From Girardia tigrina (Eukaryota): a stretch of 64,000 bases of DNA. How positions within the stretch are numbered: the first letter of the stretch is position 1; each line of letters starts with the position of its first letter. The position numbers and the translations under genes are program-made. This document shows, in pieces, positions 53,700-64,000 of this stretch. The notes under the pieces are model-generated. The model saw only the letters and a program-made list of their open reading frames with translations. It was not told the DNA's origin and made no database searches. The stretch covers positions 3,123 to 67,122 of the forward strand of contig MQRK01242767.1 of assembly GCA_001938485.1 (NCBI GenBank), given 5' to 3'.

Positions 53700-54377
53700 C
53701 AGATGGAAAAACAATTACGAAGATAACAAAAATTTGAAAGCAGTTGAACAAAAAACAGAGACAAGAAGCATTTTTGAAGTGGGAGACAAAGTATTAATTA
53801 AGAAGGAAAATATCTCAAAAGAAGATGACCGTTACATGGGTCCCGCAACAGTGGTGAAAAGAAATCATGAAAGAAGTTACGAGTTACAGCTTGAAGATGG
53901 AAGAAGTTTTATTAGAAATTTTGAATGGAATTAAATCGAGGAGAATGTGAGGAATATTTTAAATGTTTGATGTTTTGTGTTTGTATGTTGATTTGGAATT
54001 GTGTCTCTCCTACCCAGATAGATGATTAATATTTGAATTCTTATTATCTAAAAATATGCAATTTTTAAATTTATTTTTAATTTCAAATAATTTAAACATT
54101 TTAAATAAGTTAATTAGTTTTTACAATTTTTAATAAATAAATTAAATTAATATTTTTTAAATAATTAATAATCTTTTTAATTTTTATCTAATAAGTTTTG
54201 AGTAAATATTTTAATAAATTATTTGTTTCTCCGTTTGCTAAAAATAATAAGAATTAATTCATTAATTAATTTAGTTTAGAATGCAATCGTACGAAAACTT
54301 TGACAAAGATTGTCTTAAGGACAATCAAAATTGTTGTGTAAATAAAGATATGAAAAGTCAAATTGGTGTTCTTAATA
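53700..54377 (+). mobile_element. Family A 3' end: integrase C-terminus, PPT, 3' LTR (53946-54377)
   Basis: FEVGDKVLIKK..YMGPATV..RSYELQLEDG; GAGGAGAA|TGTGAGG. Confidence 0.9.
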
Positions 54378-54999
54378 AAGTTATAATGGCCCATATAATC
54401 AGTTAGAAAAAGTTAAATTTTGTAAAGAAACTAGATCTTCCAACTTTTCGCATTTTTCTCCCAACGAATTAATAATTGTCAACATTTTCAGGCAAAAGAT
54501 TTAAAAATCTTTCTATAAGGCTTCCTTGGCTGTGTGAATTATTATTATTATGGTTGTTAATTATTATTGAGATTATTATTATAAACTTATTATTATCATT
54601 ATTAGATGTATGTGGAAAATATGCGTGATTTTGAAGTATGAAATTGGTAACAGGATTGAGAGTTTGATTATATAATGTATGCATGTAATAGTGTGCGGTG
54701 TCAATCATGTGGTGCTAACTCAGTAGATCTCCCTAATCCAGTTATGCAACCGGATCGAGGTGTGCTTGTATATAAAATATGCCAATTGAATGATTAATTT
54801 ATTATTGTGTTGATAATATATCTTAGAAAAGAATCTTGTCTCTTAACAATTTGTACTTTCAATGTTGCGATACACTCTTTTATCTTTATTTAATTCAAAT
54901 TAATATAATAAACATGATGATTTTTAGGATCACTAAAATATTAGTTCTGATGATTCCAAAGATAAAAATGAAAAATGTACATTCAGCTGACTTTTAAAG

Positions 55000-55720
55000 A
55001 AAATTACTAACACGTCGTTTGTCCTAGATATGGCGCTAATGTGAAATGCTCTTTAAACACTAAGTGAGTTGAGTTTAGATTTGCAAAATCGTTATATAAG
55101 CCTAATAAGTGCTAATCAGAAAATTGAAAATGTGGTGCAAATATTTGGACGAAGAATAACTGAACCTAGAATGCACAATGAAAAGCCTTTGGAAGCGATA
55201 AATAAACTGTTATTTTTTGGAGTTGAGCTACACAACGAAAACGGAAGAAATATGCAGAAACCCATAAATACAGCGATGTTTAATTCTCAATTGACAGCTT
55301 CTATGAAAGATTCTTTACCAGAATCGAGTGATAAAAATATAGTTCAAGCCTGCGGTGAGCTCATTCCCTAAAAATGGACAAATAACGTTGAAAAAAATAC
55401 TACGTTTAGAGACGAGGAGATTTGTACGTTAAGAAACAAGTTCCATTTGAATAAAAGAAATATTATCCGGGCATTTTGCGATTATTTTGTAGACAAAAAG
55501 GTACCGAAAACTTTTACTCCGCTCATCAATGCGGTCCATATCATAGCAGTTTCAGCAAGCGAATGCGAGAGGGGATTTTTGCAGATGAACTGAGTAATGA
55601 CTCCACAAAATGTTTTTCTATTAACGAAAAAATGTTTCATCGCTATTGGTCATCAAGTACAACGGTCCACCACTAAATATATTTGATCCTTTGAAGATTC
55701 ATGATGAAAATTTGTTAAAA
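55000..55720 (+). mobile_element. hAT transposase C-terminal relic
   Basis: LSELSLDLQNR; IAVSASECERG.. resembles the hAT dimerisation motif. Confidence 0.7.
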
Positions 55721-56962
55721 TTTGAAGCACTGCTTTATAATTTATGTGCCTACCTTAGACTTAGTATATTGTTACTAACGTAAATATATGTTCACGTTTT
55801 ATTTCCAAAGATATTATATTTTTAAGCAATAAAAAACATAATTTGCTTCGATTCTTTCCTAAAAACAGTGGCAAGTGGTTGGGGGGTACAAAAATTATGG
55901 ACTTACGACTTTCTAGAATTAGGTACCCCAAAAAAAAGAAGTGATAAAAAAGCCCTGTATATAAAAAAGATAATTTGGGAATATACAAATATGAAAGAAT
56001 TAAATTACTTATGTTATATTTGTATAATAAATCTTCTAATTAATTGAATCTTTGATGTCTATACAATTTTGAACAGTCTCTTTTCATTCTGAAATGTATT
56101 TCCTTTCATACGACAGTTCTCTCTTCTTTGTAACCTTACTTCAATGATTCCTTCTTGAAGAATGTTCATATCTGTCAATTAAGACGACATTCGCTAGAAC
56201 GATATTCTTCTCATTTCCTTCTGCGTTCATTCTAATGAGTTTTCGTTTCTTTTGCTTGTGATAGGTGCACTTCATTTGTCTCATAAATTATTATCCTTAT
56301 TTACAATCTTCTGATAACGAGTTATGCTATAAATGAATGAGAAGGATGCATCGCATTTGAGCAAGAAGGTCAGTTACCCTTTTTGAAAATTCTCTGTTTT
56401 GACAAATTGGAGAAACGTTTTCTTCTAGAAGGAAATAAGCGTATTTTATAGTTCGAAAATATTCCGCACTCGCGTGAGAAGAAAAAAACTTGTTTATGGA
56501 TACTCTTAGGGAATAAATGTATTCCAATTTTGTTGAGATCACAGAAAGACCTTCCTTGTATCATAGCATATACAATTTTGTTTTTAAGGAAATAATCTCT
56601 AAACGATAAACATTCCAGGTCCAAACAAGTTGTATCATTCGATTCCATTTTCCTTAACATCTTTTCCTTCATCATAAACATTTATTTTAATTTATATTTT
56701 TGTTATTTTTCGTCCAATAATTTCAAAACACACCAATCAAATTATTTTCCTCTTTCAAGTTTTTATATTCTGTTAGCTCAAACATTCTTCCACATAATCA
56801 AGATGAATTAAAACTCACATTTATAAATATTTCAATGACCTTTTTCCTTTTTTTCTCGTTTGCCGTCCCAGAACAATAAATTTATCAATCACACTGTCAA
56901 AGTGAGCTAACTGAAAAATAATGATTCAATTCGCTTTCAACGAATAAAGAAACAATAATGAT

Positions 56963-57392
56963 TGTGAGGAATATGCGGTGTGTAATTGTTTTTGTGTAGT
57001 GTTTGCGTGTTTGAATGTTGTGTGTTGATTTGGGATTGTGCCTCTCCTAACCAGATGGATTGTCAATATTTTAGTTCTTATAATCTGAAACTAATTTATT
57101 TAAATTTAGATTTAATATTCAAATTTTTTAATTTTATTGATTTTATTTTTGTAAATTTTTAAATAATTAAAATCAAATTAATGTTTAATAGAAATATTTT
57201 ATTTTAGCCAATAAAATTTAAATTAAATATTTTTAAATAAAATAATCTTCTCAAGTATAGTTCAGATTATAATGAGAGATATTGAAAATTGATTGATGGA
57301 TTCTAGTGAAAGCAATAATATTGATCATCATAAAGATGATAAGAAATGTGAATGTAATAAATGTTCTGTCAAATGTGTGAGTTCTCTTAACA
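56963..57392 (+). mobile_element. Family A solo LTR, 430 bp
   Basis: TG..CA ends and a perfect 5-bp TSD ATGAT (56958-56962, 57393-57397). Confidence 0.95.
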
Positions 57393-57422
57393 ATGATAAC
57401 ACTAATCTTTAAAATAAATATA

Positions 57423-58452
57423 CAGAGCGTTCCAAAAGTCTGTTCGCACCCATAAAAATCATCACTTATACAAATTTCCTAATTAAAAAGACGATGAAGT
57501 GGAAGTAAATATTAAATTTACAAATAAAAATGTTATTTTTAATATTTTGTGTGGTATCCTTTCATCTTGATGATTGAAGACACCCTTCGCGGCATCGAAT
57601 CGACAAGTCGACGACATAAAGAACTTGGTATGTTGTACCATAACTTTTGTACTTCTATCCACATTTTCTCTGAATTCAAAGTATCCATATTATTTATTTT
57701 TCTCTTTATAATACCCCACAAATTCTCAATTGGGTTTACATCTGGTGAGTTGGCAGGCCAATCAAGAATATTTATCTTCTTTGTTTTCAAAAACGACACT
57801 GTTGATGCTGATCGATGGCAAGACGCATCAACATTCGACCACTTATCGATGTTCCAATTTTTTTTATCCCGAGCCCATTCAACTCTTCTTTTTCGTTGCA
57901 TTCCATTCAATAAATGCATTATGCAAACAGCATAATGACTTTTTAAGCCGTACTTTATCAAAATTCTATTCACTGTACTTCGTGGTGCATGTATCATTCC
58001 AGCTGCATTGAAAGCTCCTGTTATTTTACTTATCGACATGCACCTATTTTTCAAGCATATACGGCGAATAATTCTTTCAGAACGTTTTGGTAATTTTGAA
58101 GGTCGTCCACTACGTTTTTTATCTTCATATGTACCTAATGTCATGAACTTATGTACAATTTTTTGAATGCCCCCTTTGAAACAATAATACCATGTCTGAC
58201 CTTCATAATTTCTTGTATCCGACCCGTTGAATGACCCTCGTTCATTCATTCTACAATAATAATCCTAAACCTTATATCTATATTTCGAGTTGTCATTGAA
58301 TCTAAAAGATAGACATTTAATTAATTCATCTTAAAAAAAAGATGGTTTTGATATTTCAATTTTAAATTTACTAAAATTATTTAAATTAAAGCATTTAAAC
58401 AAATTAAAAAATTTAATAAATAGCACAAATCAAAATTTCAATGGGTGCGAAT
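57423..58452 (-). mobile_element. Tc1-like transposon, internally deleted (ORF 57539-58249)
   Basis: TA+CAGAGCGTTCCAAAAG TIR, with only a partial TIR at the other end. RSGRPSKL, WPANSPDVNPIENLW, LVDSMPRR..KGYHTKY. The first catalytic-D region is missing. Confidence 0.92.
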
Positions 58453-58739
58453 ATATTTTCTGCTTTCCATTCATCTATTGACAAAATCCTGACATCTTTT
58501 TCTGTACTATTTTCTTCAATTGTTCCCACTAAACTTCGTCCAAGCTTGTCCTCAAAACTTTCTTTCTTTAGAAATTTCCGTACTTTATCATTTACTCTTG
58601 CTTCGCTTATCTCAACATTCCTTTCATCGCCTATTACTACGTCTATAATATTTGATATATTACTTCTACTATAAATACCAATACTTTGGGAGTCACTGTT
58701 ATCTTTTAATTTATTTTAAAATGTTATTATATCAATTTA

Positions 58740-60585
58740 GTTGTCACTTTTTAAAAATGTTTAGATTTTATTTTAACCAATCATAAACTTGTTAATTAAT
58801 TAATATTAATAATTATTTTTCATTTTTTTCAAAAATTAGGATGAAGCTCAGAAATATATTAATCAAGAAAAATGTCGAATAATGAAAGTAGTTTGAATAA
58901 GTGTTGTCATGACAATTCTGCTTGTGATATTAATAAACGTTCAAAAAATCATATTGATGTTGTTAATATGGCGACCACAGCTCATGTGACAACGAAAATT
59001 ATGGTATATGAAAATATTCAATGTATCTGAGTCGAAATTAGATGATTTCATAAAAAACTTTGAACTTTATGCCGATATTATTGATATAACAGAAGATAGA
59101 AGATTAGTGATGGTGACGATTTTCATGACTCCATCAGCAATTACAAAATTTTCAGAAGCAGATGGAAACACGTACAAAGAAAAACTGAAAACTGCATTTG
59201 TGAAAGAAAAATCTCTGCTTGATACAATGTAGGATATTTTAAATCTCCGATGGTGATCTTCAGATCCGGAAGAAATGTTCAAAAAAGCGTAAGAATTGGT
59301 AACGATATTAACAGAAAGTAAACTTTCTAAGAAAATGCTGCTCAACCTTGTTTGCATGAATAAGCTTGACGATTATGAGGTCAAAAAAGAATTGAAATTG
59401 AGAGGAGCTACTGAAACGAAGGACATAAAAGATGTAGTTTCAAATATGTATGAACTATAACAAATGGAAAAAGAAGAAACAGTTGTGGTATACAATACGG
59501 TAGGTAAACATGATGAATGGAAAACGATAGGCAAACGTAAACCGCAATATAAAGAACGAACCAAACAAAACAATTTCGAAAATAATCAAAGAAATAATGA
59601 ATACAAACCGAGAAATAACTATTTAAAAGTTGTAAAATGCTGCACATGCCTCGAAGAAAGACACATCAGAAGAAAATGTCGAAATATAAAATGTTTTTAT
59701 TGCAACAGAAATGGCCATATCAGGACACAATGTAATATCAACAAGGATATATTTAAAGAAAGAGACCAAGACGTCAGAAAAAATGAATGGAAAAGAACAA
59801 ATAACCCACGAAATAAACAGAGGCATCAAAATCGAAGATATCATATTACAGAAATACATGATTGTAACGATTACAACGACTACGAAGAAACAAGATCAAA
59901 TGAAGGAAACTCGAGGCTAAGAATGCTTACTGATCAAAGACAAGTATACGACAAAGACCAGGGAAACGAAGATGTACGATCACAAGGATAGGTGATCAGT
60001 GTGCTTCATTAAAAAGTGAAAATGTTTGTGTATGTAATGGTATGTATGACTGTGTGTTGATTGTGTGTTGGAAGATACCCCTCTAGAAGCTTGAGAATTA
60101 GATTGTTGGAAAGAAGAATTTGACACCAATTGTTTTGATTTGGAGATAAAGATAAAATCGAAAAAGTTTAAAAAGGAAGAAATGTTGGAAATATCAAAGC
60201 TCAATATTAGATATGACAAATTGAATGAAAGACCAAGCATTGAATTTAATACAAAGAATATGAATGTTGAATGTCTTTTGGATACCGGTGCCAAAGTAAA
60301 TGTTGCTAAAGCAGATATACTTAGAAGTTTGAAAGATGTTCGGATAAAACGCATTCATTGCCAAATGATTCGGAACTTATAAATTATGGCATTGTTAAAA
60401 TAAATGTAATAATTGAAGGAGTACAAAAATTATAGAATTTTATGTAGTCAAGGAACTAAATCCAGAGATGATAGCACGAGTTGACTTTTTAGACAAATTT
60501 GGATTAAAACTAAAGAAGGAAACTATAGATTCAGTTGAGATATGGATGATTAGAGATGGTTCTATGGATGATGACAGACTAAAGG
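58740..60585 (+). mobile_element. Family A-related 5' relic: partial LTR, PBS TGGCGACC, gag, frameshift site, protease
   Basis: MSNNESS..VVN-MATTAHVT; CCTCLEERHIRRKC..CFYCNRNGHIRTQC; LLDTGA. Confidence 0.9.
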
Positions 60586-62904
60586 GTCTACTATTGAAAA
60601 AACTTTGAAAAAATTAAATACAATAAAAAATTTCGAAAATAATAAATTTACATCTGTTTTTTATTCATAATTATTTTGATTTTATTCGTTTGTGCAAGAA
60701 AATTTAAAAATCGTTCCTCAGAAATTTACTTAGGCAAAACTTGTTTAAATAATGTGTTTATTGCTGTTTAAATAAAAGTATCAAAAATGTCTTTGTCTGA
60801 ATTCTCATCAGAACATATTCCAAAGCCTAACAAAATGCATGCCCCAATTTTCATCACATGTGCTGCCATTTCCATGTTGAGGTTTTAACCTTGTCAAACA
60901 ACCCCCACGAATTATGAAGGATTATACATAATAAATTAATGTAAGCAAATATAAAATAATTTTTCCTTCGTTGTGAAAGTTTCCTTTTAATATTCGTAGC
61001 AGAAACTAATTAATAAATTTTGACATTATGACATGTTAATTAATGTGATTAATTTTATGGCATCAAGGCTTTACAAAATTATAATTATGATTAAATAATA
61101 GAAGAAATATTAATAAATATTTGATGATAAGATAAATAATATAGTTTTAATAGAAACGAAATGCATTCATTTTAAACGATTGTTCTATTAAATCAACATA
61201 TTTCGACGGATCAGTCGTCATCGTCGCAATACATTATGTACTCTGGAACTCGTCAAATCCGGACAAATTATCGGGGTCCCCAGAGACCCGGATTCCGCGA
61301 TCCAGACTGTACATTATTTGACTAATTTTATTAAAGACCTTATAGAAAAGATGCCTGATGTCTGAGTTACAATGTCTAGAAACAATTTTAAGAACCCAAA
61401 CTAAAAGAAAATACAATTAAATACATAGCAACATAAACAAAAGAAGTCCATTGAGCATCTCGTTAATTGTACATCAAGTGTTACCCTATATTCCTCGTCA
61501 GATGAAGGAACTTCCACTGGTCACAGAAGCATCTGGAAATAATTATTTTGAAGGATATTCGACCAATTTGTCAGAATACAATTTATAAACTTTGTTATTA
61601 ATACATTATTGTTTTCCGATTATGAGATATTATATCGTTAGACCGTGAAAAAATATATTATGTATTCTGATATAATTGAGATTGTATCGATATAAGACTA
61701 ATAAAGAAGGAAGAGCAGAATGATTAATGGGCCATAGCGAGAATACGCTAACGATTCCTATCCTCATGGTGTCCTGAGTCGACTGACGATAAATGTATTC
61801 CACTCGTCGGCCTACTCTAAACTGTTTCGGATCACTGTTCAAATGACAAATGTTTGCACATGAATTATTGAGAATTGTAATATTTACTAAAGGAAAAGGC
61901 CAGAAACAGAGGGCAGAATGTTTATGGTATTATCTCTATATTAATATGGTCTTGCTTCGGTGGACAATACAAATTGTAGTGATGGTCGCGTACACCTGGG
62001 TTGCCCGAGTGGATGGGCAGATATCAATTCGTCGATTCAGCCTTGGTCATCATGATCACCCCTTAGCGTCAATCATTCTATCACCTCAACAAGAACAACA
62101 TCAGTGAGAGAATTATAATTCAAAAACATAGATTTAAAATCAGAGAATGTTCCATCATTGTTAAGATCAGTCGGACGCAAGTTGATTTTCGGGCAGATAG
62201 AACTCTTCCGTCGGTAGTTCTATTTTGAAGTGGGTGATGCCATTCAGTTTCATGGTTAACAGGTCGATCGAAGATTCATCTTTAAGTTTGGTTTTTACAG
62301 AAGATGTCTCGGAAGACTGGGTAGGGCTGTATAAACCTAGGACGCTTCGACCGATATACTGGTCTTCGATTAATAAATGGTTTGTATGAGAAGTTAGTTG
62401 AGTCGCTAATTTTTTTACGAGTCACGAGTCGGGTCTCTAAAACATTTTACGAGTAAAGGTTCGAGTCAAGAAAATCTTCATATTTTACATTTCACAAGTA
62501 AGGACACTAAATATAGAAATGATCGATTGTTACTAAAAAGCAGTAAAGAGGAAATAGCAGTTACTAATAGCAGTAATTCAGAAATCCGCCCCACGTTTTT
62601 GGTTAGGTATAAAATTTCTCACATGTCTAGAAAAAAATTATTTTCCTCTTTTTAGTGCATTGGTAATGCTTGAAAAACGTGGTTGTTTTTATAAAAATTT
62701 TTTTGATTAATAATATTATTTTTTAATTAATTTATGAATATTTATTAATTATTTTGTTTCCTATTAGAAAGACCTGTTTTTACCACGTAAATATTAATGA
62801 TTTTGTTTACTGGTAATCTAAAAAAATCTTAACAAATAAATTATAAACATTTTAAAACTTTTTTTAATTTAAACAAATAAACGCCATTTAAAAATATATT
62901 TTAG

Positions 62905-62943
62905 GATAATATATTTCGACGGTTTGACCGTCATCATCAGATA
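62905..62943 (-). ncRNA. Minimal type I hammerhead ribozyme
   Basis: UAU-CUGAUGA-U-GACGG(UCAAA)CCGUC-GAAA-UAUA-UU-AUC; one stem I mismatch. Confidence 0.8.
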
Positions 62944-63416
62944 ACTGATTATGTTCTTTTTATTGGTTTTATATAAGAAATGAATGATTATACAATCACT
63001 TACGTAAGTCTAATCGAAAACTCTTAACAAATTAGTTGAGAGTGCTGTTTGAACATTTTATTTTTGGATCACATGATCTTATCAACAATGCTTCACATGA
63101 CACTCTCTCCCAATAATTTTTAAAATGCTTGCACAAAATCTTAAAATCATTTATGCTCATATTGCATTTACACGTTTTTTTATGCTCAGAAAAAAAACGT
63201 GTAAATGTAATATGAGCATAAATGATTTTAAGATTTTAAAAATTATTGGGAGAGAGTGTCATGTGAAGCATTGTTGATAAGATCATGTGATCCAAAAATA
63301 AAATGTTCAAACAGCACTCTCAACTAATTTGTTAAGAGTTTTCGATTAGACTTACGTAAGTGATTACATAATCATTCATTTCTTATATAAAAGCAATAAA
63401 AAAGAACATAATCAGT

Positions 63417-63455
63417 GATCTGATGATGACGGTTAAACAGTCGAAATATATTATC
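63417..63455 (+). ncRNA. Minimal type I hammerhead ribozyme
   Basis: GAU-CUGAUGA-U-GACGG(UUAAA)CAGUC-GAAA-UAUA-UU-AUC; one stem II mismatch. Confidence 0.8.
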
Positions 63456-64000
63456 CTAAAATATATTTTAAAATGGCGTTTATTTATTTATAATAAAAAT
63501 TGACATCTTTTTTCAAGTTTATTTTTCATTTAAAGTTCTAAAATATGTAATTAGATGAAACAACAAAGTTTTATAAAGTTAAATTAAAACATTATTCACT
63601 CAATTGACAATAATAATTTTTATTAATAATATTATAAATCTCATTTTAATTTTTACTAAATTTTAAAGTCAGTCAAGAAATCCGACTACATTTGAATCAG
63701 AAACATTTAGAATCCGAGTCATTTCTATTTTTCTTGAGTCCAGTCAATATTTTTTAACGAGTCACTTTAATAATTTTTCGAGTCGAGTCGGTTTGAGGAA
63801 TTTAAATCTCCAGGTTTCACTTCAGGATTCATAATATAAACAAGTAGAATTTATTTACTATTTAAAATCTTTTTAGAATACTTAAACAAATTAATAATCA
63901 CAACTTTCCCCTCTTTTATAATTCGTTATTTACTTTCCTAATCCACTATATTCTTCGACGAATTATGTTTCCATCTTTCAGATTCTGTAGTTCCAATTGG

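Larger units (their letters stand above)
62874..63486. mobile_element. Inverted pair of Penelope-like 3' ends, forming a ~610-bp quasi-palindrome
   Basis: ~300-bp arms around 63182-63189; NDFKILCKHFKNYWERVSCEALLIRSCDPK; each arm has TATATAA and a hammerhead. Confidence 0.92.

Noticed and set aside
56300-56700. Possible Penelope ORF N-terminal fragments (also ~950-1150 and 43109-43345)
   Set aside because: The resemblance is only vague and there is no diagnostic motif.
57549-58011. Plus-strand ORFs over Tc1, and similar antisense ORFs over Gypsy and Penelope
   Set aside because: They are shadow frames of the real coding strand.
61192-61226. Ninth hammerhead (minus strand)
   Set aside because: Stem II and GAAA are present but the core reads CGACGA (U missing), so it is treated only as a dead remnant.

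Overview
Very AT-rich eukaryotic (animal-like) DNA with three assembly gaps. It is made almost entirely of decayed, nested transposable elements. I found no intact host gene, rRNA, tRNA or CRISPR array. The TE mix would fit a planarian-type genome, but the sequence cannot prove that. Contents: (1) Ty3/Gypsy family A, with ~430-bp TG..CA LTRs, four internal relics and several solo or partial LTRs. (2) Ty3/Gypsy family B, one 3.67-kb copy with 127-bp AGTTA..TAACT LTRs, a 5-bp TSD and an RT deletion. (3) Several Penelope-like elements (RT + GIY-YIG), two of them in inverted arrangements. (4) Mariner, Tc1, pogo, hAT, MULE, piggyBac-like and Helitron-like elements. The most informative hidden signals are at the RNA and translation level. 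There are 8-9 minimal type I hammerhead ribozymes with compensatory stem changes, sitting a near-constant 33-38 nt downstream of a TATATAA box in the Penelope pLTRs. Family A has a conserved G_GGA_AAC + hairpin -1 frameshift signal. Family A LTRs also carry a 32-codon Gag leader of invariant length that reads out into whatever follows. The window starts with a GC-rich array of RFX X-box-like motifs.
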